Source of the DNA: an uncultured Actinomycetes bacterium
GTDB lineage: Bacteria; Actinomycetota; Thermoleophilia; RBG-16-64-13
Direction: 5' to 3'
DNA: 64,000 bases
NCBI GenBank assembly: GCA_963706025.1
Contig: CAVPLM010000019.1
Span: 1-64,000, forward strand
Under the pieces are notes generated by a model that saw only the letters and a program-made list of their open reading frames with translations, had not been told where the DNA came from and did not search any database. The first letter of the stretch is position 1. The number at the start of each line of letters is the position of its first letter. Position numbers and translations under genes: made by a program. This document shows, in pieces, positions 29,452 to 39,092 of this stretch.

Positions 29452-31236
29452 TCAGTCTGCGCTCACCGAGAAGCTGCCCGGGCTGGTGGCCCAGCTCATG
29501 AAGTCGCCGGTGCCGGCCACCGGCCGGTAGGCTACGATGACTTGGTAGTCCCGACCGGACGGTACGCCGGTCACGCTGAGATCGGTGGAGAAGCGGCTGC
29601 CGGTAGCTGCCACCAGTTTGGTGGCAAACCAGTCGTCCGAGCTGGAACGGACCCACACCCCGAACTCACCACCAGCGAGAGCGGTGTTCGTGGTCCAGCT
29701 GGCCGTGACGCTTTGAGTCGAGGCGTAGCCGCCGGTGCCAATCGGGGCGGTGATAGTGATCGTGGGAGCGGTCGTTCCGATCGTGGTCGGCTGCAGGGTC
29801 GCGGTGGTGGGAGCCCGCAGTGTCACCCCGCTCGCGTCTATCCCGGTCCCGGAGCCGATTTGAGTCCCGTAGTAGACGCCGGAGATGGAGCTGCCGCTTG
29901 AGGCCCCTTTAAAGAGCCGCTGGCCGCCAGCCGCCTCCAGGCCGGTGATACGGGTGTTGGTGGAGAGGATCTGGATGAGGGCCTGGGTCGAATCACTCTG
30001 CCCCGGTATGACGAGGCCGTTGATGGTGATGCGGTCGTAGTCGTGGCTGAGGTAGATGGCCCGACTGCCTTCCCTGGCATCCACGGTCAGGTTGTTGAAG
30101 GTGATATCGTGCGAGCCGGTGCCACCGTAGATGTGAATCCCATAGCCGGAGCCCCGTCTGAATAGAGTGTTCGTGAAGCTGAGGTTAGTGGCGTTCCGTT
30201 CTATGTAGATGCCATGGGTCTGGTTCGACTGTGTTTCCTGCCGACCCACCGCGTCTATGTCCCAGTCGGTGAACACCCCCCCATTGATGTCGCTTAAGTA
30301 CATGGGCCGGAGGCAGTTCACCGAGACGATGCCCGAGAAGCGGTAGTTGGTGCCGATGGCCGAGGCGTTCCCCGTCTTGATCCCCCAGAACAGGTTGGTC
30401 AGGCGGATGTTCTCCAGGGTGAGGCCCTGGTTGGAGCCGGCCCACACGGCCCCCGCATTGTCAGTGTAGGCAGCCGACCTAAAGCCCAGGTCGCGGATGG
30501 TGATGTTGGACCTGCCTTCGATGTTGAATATCCAGGTCAAGCTGGACCGGGCCGGCATGGCAAGAACGGTCTGGGTGGGCCCGTCCCCCTGCACCACCAG
30601 GTTGCTCGGCGGGTAGATGGAGCTCGATACCGCATAGGTGCCCGCGGGCAGGTAGGCGGTCTTGCCCGCCGCCGCCGCCGCGTCCATACACTTCTGGATG
30701 GCGGCACTGTCGTTAGTCACCCCGTCAGCCTTGGCCCCATAGTCCCTCACGTTGAGTGTTGCCGAGGATGAGGGGGTGGGCGGGGCTGTCGTCGAGGTCG
30801 TCGACCTCACCGTCGTCGTCGTGGCCCGCAGAGTCGTGGTGGTGGGCGGCAGCGTGGTTGTCGTACTCGGCAGGGTCGTGGTGGTCGCGGTCGGCCGCAC
30901 CGTCGTGGTCGTGGTCGGAGCGGTCGCATGCACTGAGAAACTGCCCGGGCTGGTGGCCCAGCTCGTGAAGGCGCCGGTGCCGGCCATCGGCCGGTAGGCC
31001 ACGATGACCTCATAGCCCAGGCCGGCGGGTACGCCGGTCACGCTGAGAGCGGTGGAGAAGCTGCTGCCGTTAGCCGCCACCAGTTTGGTGGCATACCAGC
31101 CGCCCTGGGGCGAACGCACCCACGCCCCGAACTCACCGCCGGCGACATTCCTGCTCGTGGTCCACCTGGCCGTGACGCTTTGGGTAGAGGCGTAACCGCC
31201 GATGCCGGTCGGGGCGGTGATATTGATCCTGGGAGC
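29452..31236 (-). repeat. Intragenic duplication of a ~310-bp module (about 29452-29769 and 30925-31236)
   Basis: Both copies encode ITAPxGxGGYASTQSVTAxWTT...GGEFGxWVRS...ATKLVAA...VIVAYRPxAGTGxFxSWATSPGSFSV. Confidence 0.9.
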
Positions 31237-32409
31237 GGTCATGGTGGTCGTGGTCGTGGTGGGTGCGACCGTCGTGGTGGTGCTCGGCGGCCTGATCGTC
31301 GTCGTAGTCGTCGGCGCGATGGTCGTGACAGTTGTCGTCCCCCCGAGACTTACGTTCTCGAGGCTGACCCCGCTGGCGTTCCCCAATGCCGGGCCCGCGT
31401 AGGTCCCGTTTCTCATGATCGCCCCGTCACAACCGCCTGCCACCAACGATGAGCCGCCCGAGGCCGAAAAACGGTCGAAAAGGATGTTGCTGCCTCCGTA
31501 GAACTGGACTACCTGCCCGCCGGCCGTCTTCATGGTTGTGTCGGTGAAGGTCACATTGGAGAAGCCGCTCCCGATAACCAGGGGGTAGCGGCCCGCAGTG
31601 GAGTCCAGACTCAGTCCGTCGAAGGTGAGGTCGCTGGAACTGCCCCCAGACAAATAGAGTTGCAGGGTATATCCCGAACCGCCCGATAGAGTGCAGTCGG
31701 TGAACGTGCAGCGTCTCACCTCGCCTTCAACGTAGATCGAGTGCTGCTGGTTGCTTCCGACCATCCGCACTGCCTCAAGGTCGAGTCGGGTGAAGGCCGA
31801 GTCCCTAACGTAGGAGATGTAGAGGGGAGCAAGGCAACTGCGGGCCACGATGTCGGAAATGACCCAGCCGCTACCCATGTTGCCCGAACCCAGTTTCATT
31901 CCGCGGTAGAGTCCTTCAAGGCGTAGGTTGCTCGCCCGGCAGTTTTGGGCTCCCGACAAGAAGATGCCCCCTACGTTGCCCGCATAGCCGTCGCTGCGAA
32001 AGGTGAGGCCGGTGATGGTCACGTTGGACAGGTCCTTGCTGTCCATAATGAAGGTCTGCCCGGACTGCGCGGCCATGTAAAGGATCGACTGTCCCGGCGT
32101 GCCCTGGATGGTGACATTGCTCCTTGGGTGCACGGAGGAATTAACACGGAACGTCCCCGCAGGGAAGACCACGGTGCCCGCAACCGGAGCGGCTGCGTCT
32201 ATCGCTTGCTGGATCGCCGCGGAATCGTTGGTCACGCCGTCGCCTTTAGCCCCGTAGTCGAGAACGCTGAAGCTCTGGCCCGCGGCGTTGGCCTGAGAGT
32301 TCACAAGAACCAGCAACACGAGGAAAGCGACGAATAGGAGTGCTAGTGAGCGGATGAGTCCGATGCGTTGCTTACCAGTCGATTGGACGAGGGCAGCTTG
32401 ACACTTCAT
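29452..32409 (-). CDS. Large secreted protein with two beta-helix domains, two ~100-aa beta-rich repeats and Thr/Pro linkers
   Basis: Signal peptide ending ANA; YGAKGDGVTNDSAAIQ and YGAKADGVTNDSAAIQ; poly-Thr linkers; GGAGG RBS. Confidence 0.85.
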   Translation of the reverse strand: MKCQAALVQSTGKQRIGLIRSLALLFVAFLVLLVLVNSQANAAGQSFSVLDYGAKGDGVTNDSAAIQQAIDAAAPVAGTVVFPAGTFRVNSSVHPRSNVTIQGTPGQSILYMAAQSGQTFIMDSKDLSNVTITGLTFRSDGYAGNVGGIFLSGAQNCRASNLRLEGLYRGMKLGSGNMGSGWVISDIVARSCLAPLYISYVRDSAFTRLDLEAVRMVGSNQQHSIYVEGEVRRCTFTDCTLSGGSGYTLQLYLSGGSSSDLTFDGLSLDSTAGRYPLVIGSGFSNVTFTDTTMKTAGGQVVQFYGGSNILFDRFSASGGSSLVAGGCDGAIMRNGTYAGPALGNASGVSLENVSLGGTTTVTTIAPTTTTTIRPPSTTTTVAPTTTTTTMTAPRINITAPTGIGGYASTQSVTARWTTSRNVAGGEFGAWVRSPQGGWYATKLVAANGSSFSTALSVTGVPAGLGYEVIVAYRPMAGTGAFTSWATSPGSFSVHATAPTTTTTVRPTATTTTLPSTTTTLPPTTTTLRATTTTVRSTTSTTAPPTPSSSATLNVRDYGAKADGVTNDSAAIQKCMDAAAAAGKTAYLPAGTYAVSSSIYPPSNLVVQGDGPTQTVLAMPARSSLTWIFNIEGRSNITIRDLGFRSAAYTDNAGAVWAGSNQGLTLENIRLTNLFWGIKTGNASAIGTNYRFSGIVSVNCLRPMYLSDINGGVFTDWDIDAVGRQETQSNQTHGIYIERNATNLSFTNTLFRRGSGYGIHIYGGTGSHDITFNNLTVDAREGSRAIYLSHDYDRITINGLVIPGQSDSTQALIQILSTNTRITGLEAAGGQRLFKGASSGSSISGVYYGTQIGSGTGIDASGVTLRAPTTATLQPTTIGTTAPTITITAPIGTGGYASTQSVTASWTTNTALAGGEFGVWVRSSSDDWFATKLVAATGSRFSTDLSVTGVPSGRDYQVIVAYRPVAGTGDFMSWATSPGSFSVSAD

Positions 32410-32427
32410 CTGTTGCCTCCATAAGCA

Positions 32428-32469
32428 AGGCCTGACCCGAGAAGGCGCTAGGCCTCCAGGGTCAGGCCT
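32428..32469 (-). terminator. Expression-platform hairpin of the riboswitch
   Basis: Inverted repeat AGGCCTGACCC (32428-32438) / GGGTCAGGCCT (32459-32469). On the minus strand it is followed by TGCTTAT and the GGAGG RBS. The U-tract is weak. Confidence 0.55.
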
Positions 32470-32473
32470 GGAG

Positions 32474-32552
32474 ACTTCGGCAACCCGGCTGACTCTGGTG
32501 GAGTCCCGTGGCTTTGCGCCCCCACCTCACGATGGGTTTGCCTTTTCGTTTC
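32474..32552 (-). ncRNA. Cyclic di-GMP-I (GEMM) riboswitch
   Basis: Minus strand CGAAAAGGCAAACCCATC-GTGA-GGTGGGGGCGCAAAGCCACGGGACTC-CACCA-GAGTCAGCCGGGTTGCCGAAG: GGCAAAC, GNRA loop, GCAAAG and terminal GGGTTGCCG. Lies in the 5' leader of the 985-aa gene. Confidence 0.92.
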
Positions 32553-32910
32553 TGGCTAACTGCTACTGTTAAAGCAGGAGTTCTATCGGCGGGCCGACGG
32601 GTTTCCTTGAGCGTTGATTACACTGTGGGAGAAACCGCTGGACCGCGGACACGTTGGGCCGTAGCCTAGACGCCAACTCGATGGCCGTCTGAGCGAGGAC
32701 CGAACGCGGCCGAAGGATGTGCAGCGAAACTGCCCGGGCCGGGACAGACCCCTGCCGTTTCTGCCAGCTTGGCAGCGCATGTTCTCGAGCGGTTGAATGT
32801 CGGGTGGCCTTGGTTTGGTGAGCTGCAAGCAAGCGTCGTAGAATGATGGTCGCGGGGCTAGTCTCCAGACCATTGCTTTTCAAACTGGGCAAAGCGGGCT
32901 GCTGTAACTG

Positions 32911-34254
32911 ATGAACACATCGCACATGTCGGAGACCGAGGACCAGCCCGCTCCCGGGAAACCCCTGCCGATCGCATCGTCCGCCGAGACTCGCACGGCC
33001 GGCAACGCGAGAAAGGCGAAGATAGCTTTCTTCGGGCACTTCGGGCGAGGCAACTGGGGCAACGAAAGCACCCTTCAGGCAACGCTCTGCTGCCTGCGCC
33101 GTCTGGCGCCGGACGCGGAATTCATGTGCATCTGCACCGGTCCGGACACGGTCGCTAGGACGTACAGCATCACCGCAGTACCCAGCAGGACCTTCTCAGC
33201 CGAGCGCCGGACTCCCCATAACAGACTGATCAGATCGGCGCGGAGGCTCGTGGTCGGAGTGCCCCGCGAGCTTCGCCAGTGGATAGGGAGCCTCAAGACA
33301 CTGCGAGGTACGGACGCGCTGGTCGTTCCAGGGACCGGCTTGTTGAATGACGTCGATACTTTCCTCTCCTGGGGTCCATATGACATGTTCCGCTGGTCAG
33401 TCGCCGCGAGATTGTGTCGCTGCAAGGTCCTCTTTGTAAGCGTCGGAGCCGGTCCTCTCGACAGCCACGCCGGCAGATTCCTCGTCAAGTCAGCGCTTTC
33501 CCTGGCGGACTTCCGCTCCTACCGGGACGAGTCTACGCAGCAGTATCTTGAGGGAATCGGGTTCCGGGCCGGCCATGACCCCCTCTATCCGGATCTGGCC
33601 TTCAGCTTGTCGGAGGATCTGGCACCAGAACGCAACGACAGCTGGAAACCCAGACCGGTCGTCGGCATCGGGCTGATGAAATACGCCGGGGAATACGGCT
33701 TCGAGAAACCGACCAGGGTTGTCTATACAGCGTACCTGCGGACTCTAGTGGATTTTGTCGAGTGGCTGCTTCTCCGAGGATACGACGCCCGGCTACTGAT
33801 CGGGGACGTCGTCGACAGACCCGCAGTGCAAGAGTTCAGATCATTGCTGGACGAACGGCCGGTGACGCAGGAAGCGGGCCGGGTCATCGATGAGCCTATC
33901 GAGTCCGTGGAGGGACTGCTGAGGCAACTCGTGGCAACGGATCTTGTGGTGGCAACTCGCTTTCACAACGTCCTCTTGGCGCTGCTCCTCAACAAGCCGG
34001 TCATCGCAATCTCTTTCCACCACAAATGCACTTCGCTCATGAGTCAGATGGGATTGTCGGAGTACTGTCAGGACATCGATCGCCTGAGCACCAGCAGACT
34101 CTTCGGGCAATTCTCCGAACTCGAGCAGAACGCAGGTGATGTGAAGCGGATGGTGGCCGAAATAGTCGGTGCAAAACGGGACGCGCTGGCCGAGCAATAC
34201 GGCATCATACTAGAAAGGATCTGGCCGGACACGGTGTCAAGGCCACTCCCCTGA
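32911..34254 (+). CDS. Polysaccharide pyruvyl transferase family protein
   Basis: GHFGRGNWGNE, SVGAGPL, SYRDES, PDLAF, VATRFH, ISFHHK. Confidence 0.85.
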   Translation: MNTSHMSETEDQPAPGKPLPIASSAETRTAGNARKAKIAFFGHFGRGNWGNESTLQATLCCLRRLAPDAEFMCICTGPDTVARTYSITAVPSRTFSAERRTPHNRLIRSARRLVVGVPRELRQWIGSLKTLRGTDALVVPGTGLLNDVDTFLSWGPYDMFRWSVAARLCRCKVLFVSVGAGPLDSHAGRFLVKSALSLADFRSYRDESTQQYLEGIGFRAGHDPLYPDLAFSLSEDLAPERNDSWKPRPVVGIGLMKYAGEYGFEKPTRVVYTAYLRTLVDFVEWLLLRGYDARLLIGDVVDRPAVQEFRSLLDERPVTQEAGRVIDEPIESVEGLLRQLVATDLVVATRFHNVLLALLLNKPVIAISFHHKCTSLMSQMGLSEYCQDIDRLSTSRLFGQFSELEQNAGDVKRMVAEIVGAKRDALAEQYGIILERIWPDTVSRPLP

Positions 34255-34390
34255 ACCATCGGATCGTTCACGCGAGCGGGCCCCACGGTTGCCACCGGCC
34301 AGGAACCGACCTCACTAGGGTCGCTGTTCACGCCCAAGATCTTACGTACCCCCACCGTGCCTTGCTCTCGGATGTGCAGACAGGTGGTGG

Positions 34391-35338
34391 TCACTCGCGA
34401 GGTTCGGGGCGGAATCGACCCTGTTCCCACTGTCCCCGGTACCAGCGTGCGGTGAGGACCAACCCCTCGTCCAAGGGAACAGCCGCCTTCCACCCAAGCA
34501 ACTCTTCGGTGCGGGCCACATCGGCGACCGGTTGACACTCAAGTGGACGATCGGTGAGGGCGCCGAGCTCAAGACCGACGCTCGGATTCGCAAGTGCGGC
34601 CAGGCTTTCGGCCACCGAGCGCACCGAAGTGGCCTCACCCCGGCCGACGTCGACGGTCTTTCCACCCAGGCCCTGTCGACCTCCCGCGCGGACGAAGGCT
34701 TCGACCACATCCTCGACGTACACCCAATCTATCAGGCGCTGCCCGCTGCTCAGCTTCGGGCGTTCGCCCCTGAAACAACTCACAAGTACATAGGGAACCA
34801 GCTTCCGCAGGTCCATCTGGCCGGGCCCGTAGACCATGAACAACCGGAGTACTACAACATCGAGTTGGTACAGCGCGTAGAACATGCGTGCGTAGCTGGA
34901 AGCGGCGCACTTGGCGGCGGCGTAGGGCGAGCAAGGAACCAGGCTGTTCCCCTCGAGCTCGGGCTCCTCCATAGAACCTGCGAGAACCACTCTGCCGACG
35001 CCGGTCTCTGCAGCGGCTGTCATGACGTTGACCGCAGCCATGAGGTTGCTCTGGATGGTGGCTTGCACCCAGGAGAGTTCTCTTGAGCCGGTCACCTCGC
35101 TGGCGAGATGGAATACCAGCCTTGGTCTCACCGCTGCGATGACCCTGCGTGCCTGGTCCAACTCTGAGAGATCGGCCTGCCACCACCGCACCTCTCCCTC
35201 GTTGGCCGCCAGCGTTCTCCGCGAAACGGCATGAACCTCACCGGCAAGCGCCAGACGGCTAAGCAGACGGGAGCCGATGAAGCCACTTGCCCCAGTGACC
35301 AGGACCGGACTACTCTCCGTGCGAGTTTGCATACCCAT
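34391..35338 (-). CDS. NAD-dependent epimerase/dehydratase (possible NDP-4-keto sugar reductase)
   Basis: VTGASGFIG, YAAAK, FMVYGPGQ. Confidence 0.88.
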   Translation of the reverse strand: MGMQTRTESSPVLVTGASGFIGSRLLSRLALAGEVHAVSRRTLAANEGEVRWWQADLSELDQARRVIAAVRPRLVFHLASEVTGSRELSWVQATIQSNLMAAVNVMTAAAETGVGRVVLAGSMEEPELEGNSLVPCSPYAAAKCAASSYARMFYALYQLDVVVLRLFMVYGPGQMDLRKLVPYVLVSCFRGERPKLSSGQRLIDWVYVEDVVEAFVRAGGRQGLGGKTVDVGRGEATSVRSVAESLAALANPSVGLELGALTDRPLECQPVADVARTEELLGWKAAVPLDEGLVLTARWYRGQWEQGRFRPEPRE

Positions 35339-35352
35339 CAGTCAAGACCACC

Positions 35353-36663
35353 TCACAACGGATCAGCCGCAGTCAGAAGGCGGGCGTCTACCAGACGCCC
35401 GGCCGCTTCTTGAACAACCGCAAAGGGCACGCCCGACCTGTCGGCTATGTCCAGCAGGTCATGGTTCCCATCAGACAGGCTCAAGACCCAAAGCAGCGCC
35501 CGTTCAGCTGTTCCTATGGAGGTGTAGAGTCCCCGTTTGCCAAGTTGCGGCTCACATTTGGGGTTGAGATTCCTGAAGGTCCGGTTGCCGTCCAAGACAG
35601 CGAGTATCTCGACGATCCTCCTGTAGCTGTCTCCGAGGCTCTCCACCGTCACAAAATCCAAATCATCGGCGGACGTATGGTACTCGGGGTAGGACCCGTA
35701 GGGTGTTCGCGAGAAGCGGCCGACCGGAAGGTCGAACCCGGGCGAACAGTACTGTCGTTCGTCATAGCCGTAGGGATCGAAGTCGAGGATCTCGTGAGGC
35801 TGCCCACTGTGACTGAGCACATGAGCGGCCGCGCGGTCGATCTCCGCATCGCCTCTGCGGCTCCTTTTGTAGGTGATCACACCGCGATCGCCCAGGCCGG
35901 TAAGTACCAGTCCATGCCGAATACGGGGGACTCCGCTCTCGTTCAGGGCCAGCCAGGTGATCGCGCCGATCGTCCCCGGGATGAAGAGGAACCGGTACGA
36001 ATAGCGGCGTCCAGCCAAGCTCATCTGTCTTGCCAACAAAGTCGCCAGGGAGACTCCCGAAAGATTGTCGTTGCAGAGGGACGGATGGCAGGCGTGACAG
36101 GAGATCAGTATCTCTGCATCCTCGGCCCCTCGCAGATAGAGCTCCCCGTAGGTCAAGAAGCCGTCATCAAGACTGGAATCTATCAGAACCTCATAGTCAC
36201 CTTCTCGGAGACCGAGAAGATCGCGATGACTCAAGCAGAACCCCCAATTCTCCTCGTAGTATGAAGTCCTATAGGGAGTCCACTCGGGCCGATCGGGAAG
36301 AGTGAAGAGATGGGGTCTCAGCTCCTCCAATGACATGACCCGGTCTACCGGCACGCTGTAGCTGACGACGTGCAGATTCGACCTCTGGAAATCGATCACC
36401 TTGCGGCCTTGAGCATCCTTGACGTATGCGTCCCGTATATTCCACTCGCGAGGCACGGTCCAGTCGAACACCCGAGTCCCGGAGGGCACCTCACGGATCT
36501 GGAGGGGGATATAGCGCCCGAGAATATCCATGGTCTGGCGAAACCCGTTCCCGGTGATGCTCCGGCAGATCGGATGAAGTTCCTCGATCAGAGCATAGAT
36601 CTCCCGGCCGATCGCCGAGCTGTCAAGGGAGATGTCAAAGCCTGGACGGTCCACGTGCCTCAA
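35353..36663 (-). CDS. DUF4910 aminopeptidase-like polysaccharide biosynthesis protein
   Basis: PICRSITGNG, VFDWTVPREWN, HACHPSLCNDNLSG, GYDERQYCSPG, YHTSADDL, C-terminal winged helix. Confidence 0.85.
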   Translation of the reverse strand: MRHVDRPGFDISLDSSAIGREIYALIEELHPICRSITGNGFRQTMDILGRYIPLQIREVPSGTRVFDWTVPREWNIRDAYVKDAQGRKVIDFQRSNLHVVSYSVPVDRVMSLEELRPHLFTLPDRPEWTPYRTSYYEENWGFCLSHRDLLGLREGDYEVLIDSSLDDGFLTYGELYLRGAEDAEILISCHACHPSLCNDNLSGVSLATLLARQMSLAGRRYSYRFLFIPGTIGAITWLALNESGVPRIRHGLVLTGLGDRGVITYKRSRRGDAEIDRAAAHVLSHSGQPHEILDFDPYGYDERQYCSPGFDLPVGRFSRTPYGSYPEYHTSADDLDFVTVESLGDSYRRIVEILAVLDGNRTFRNLNPKCEPQLGKRGLYTSIGTAERALLWVLSLSDGNHDLLDIADRSGVPFAVVQEAAGRLVDARLLTAADPL

Positions 36664-37037
36664 CCCTTAGTCCACTTCCCTCTGACACCAAGACCGCGCA
36701 AAGAACCCGCGCTCATCCTCGAGCTTCTCCAGATCGATCACATAAGCGCCTGGCAGGGGAGTAGGGTGGCGCAGCTTGCCTCGCGCCAGACCTCCCATGT
36801 CATCCTACCGTCGAGTATAGCCGTGTTCAGTTACGGTGCAAGTGGTCGGCTGCGGGCTGAAAGTGAGTGACTGCCCCTTCGGTCACGACGGATGCCCGCT
36901 CTCTGTCTCCTTGAGGAGGCATTCCACCTTCTCCCTCGAGCGTGAGACAATCGTGGTCGATTACATTTGGCTCTGGGGACTCTAGTCTCCATCGGGTGCT
37001 AGGCTCTGCAAACGCGAGGGCAATTGGAGAGGCGAAG

Positions 37038-37950
37038 GTGGCGGAGCCGGCTTATCGCGTCAGCATCGGTCTTCCGGTCTTTAACGGAGAGCAATACCTT
37101 GAGCAGTGCATCCAGTCGCTGCTCGCGCAGACCTACACACAGTTCGAACTGGTCATATGCGACAACGCGTCTACCGATGCGACTGAAGAGAATATGTCGC
37201 TCATATGCCGCGCTGGATGATCGTATCCGCTACTATCGCAACCCAGAAAACCTCGGCGCTATCCCCAATTTCAATCTGACCTTTGAGCTAGGCTCGGGGG
37301 AGTACTTCAGGTGGGCCGCTCACGATGACCTGTGCGCGCCGGAGCATCTCGAGCGATGCGTGGCCGTGCTTGACTCCCGCCCTTCCGTCGTTCTCTGTTA
37401 CTGCAAGACCATGGAAATAGACTCGGAGGGAAAGGTGGTGGGTCCTTACGAGGATAATCTGGCTCTGCTTGATAGTGACCCGGTTAGGCGCCATAGGGCT
37501 TTTCACCGGCGGTTCAGAAACCAAGAGCGTTGCGAACCGGTGTTCGGTCTAGTCCGGCGTGAAGCCCTGCGCAAGGCGGGACTTCTCGGCAGCTTCAACT
37601 CGTCCGACATCATCCTTCTGCAGAGAATCGTCCTAATGGGGATGATCTACGAGGTTCCGGAGCGCCTTTTCTTCCGAAGGATCCATGCGCTCAGGTCGAC
37701 ACGCGCGAACAGGTCACCCGAGGCTCTGGCGGAGTGGCTCGACCCCGCCAACCGCGGGCGAGTTGCCGCCCCGCTGTGGAAACTGGTCTGGGAGCGATTC
37801 AGAGCAGTCAAGGACAGCTCTCTGACCGGGTGCAACAAGATCCGCTGCTACATGCATTGCATGAGTTGGCTCATCTGGTGGTGGCGCTGGCTCGTGCGCG
37901 AGGCCTTGAGAGTGATGAGTGCCCGGGTCGTTAACGTCGGCCGCACCTGA
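37038..37950 (+). CDS. Glycosyltransferase family 2 (frameshift near 37190)
   Basis: VSIGLPVFNGE...ICDNASTD in one frame; NLGAIPNFN, YFRWAAHDD in the next. Confidence 0.85.
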
Positions 37951-38024
37951 GCGACAGTCACCAGTTGACTCGTACCGGCATCCTCTCATGTTCTCGATCG
38001 CAGCACCGATATTGAGGATAGTAT

Positions 38025-39092
38025 TTGCCCGTCCTTTCCATCGGTTCAAGGGTTCAGCAGGTGGGGGTCAGATTGCTCGTTAGCATAGTCATGCCCTGTT
38101 TCAATGTCGCGGACACCATCTCGCGCACTATCCGTTCAGTCTGCAACCAGACGTTCACCGGCTTCGAACTGCTGGCCGTCGACGATGGATCCGTAGACAA
38201 GACCGTGGAGATCATTCGCGATCGTGCCCATCAACACATGCCAGCCCGAGCGGAGCTTCGCGTTCTCTCCCAAGAGAATCGCGGACCCGGAGCAGCCAGG
38301 AACCGGGGTATGAGCGAGGCTCGCGGCGATGTCATCGCCTTCCTGGACGCCGACGACCTGTGGAGCCCAGAGTACCTTGCGACGGTGGCGGCCGCCTTTC
38401 AGAGCTTGCCGCACCTCGACGCCCTTGCCTCGAACTCTTGGGACCTCCTCCCAGGGGGATACCATTTGAACGTCAAGCGGCCCAGGAATGACGAAGTTCT
38501 CATCATCGACGACTTCTTCAAGGCGGTGCTGCAGGGGACCATGGTGGTACGCACCAGCGGGATCTCGATCCGGCGGTCCGTAGTCAGCAGAGTCGGCCAT
38601 ATGAGAGAGGACCTGCTCCGATCGCAAGACCGAGAGTACTGGGCACGACTGGCGGCGTCTCGAGTCTGTTGGGGGTTTTCGCCTGAACCTCTCGTGGTCT
38701 ACAACGGGATGAGAACCAAATCAGTATCCAACAACGAGTCGCGGTTCGTGAAGGTGCCCTCCCCAGAGATGTGGAGCAGAGAGGTCTGGCCACTGCTCGA
38801 CTCCAGCATGCACGATGGCTTCCGGGGTTGGTACATGGAGCGCGCGCGGGAAATGTGCCGGGAGGCCCTGCAGGCGGGGCTCGACGACCAGGCGAGAGCC
38901 ACCGCGAAGGAGGCGCTTTCACGCGCAGCCGATTGCCGCGACACTCTCTTCTTCCTCGCGGTGCGCTACGCTCCCAGAAAGGTCAATCGGTTCGTATGGC
39001 CAGCAGGCTCGCGGGTCAAGAGTTTATTTCGAAAAGCGGGCGGCGCACGTGATCTGACGCATGTAATGTCCGACTCGCCCAACCAACCTTAG
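38025..39092 (+). CDS. Glycosyltransferase family 2
   Basis: VSIVMPCFN, VDDGSVD, GPGAARNRG, FLDADD. Confidence 0.9.
   Translation: MPVLSIGSRVQQVGVRLLVSIVMPCFNVADTISRTIRSVCNQTFTGFELLAVDDGSVDKTVEIIRDRAHQHMPARAELRVLSQENRGPGAARNRGMSEARGDVIAFLDADDLWSPEYLATVAAAFQSLPHLDALASNSWDLLPGGYHLNVKRPRNDEVLIIDDFFKAVLQGTMVVRTSGISIRRSVVSRVGHMREDLLRSQDREYWARLAASRVCWGFSPEPLVVYNGMRTKSVSNNESRFVKVPSPEMWSREVWPLLDSSMHDGFRGWYMERAREMCREALQAGLDDQARATAKEALSRAADCRDTLFFLAVRYAPRKVNRFVWPAGSRVKSLFRKAGGARDLTHVMSDSPNQP

Noticed and set aside
30780-31340. GTCGTG/GTGGTC-rich repetitive tracts as a possible CRISPR or tandem array
   Set aside because: They encode poly-Thr linkers of the 985-aa protein. There is no repeat-spacer periodicity and no cas gene.
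32474-32552. 3',3'-cGAMP-specific variant of the GEMM riboswitch
   Set aside because: The G20-equivalent base is G (AAGGCAAAC), which fits c-di-GMP.
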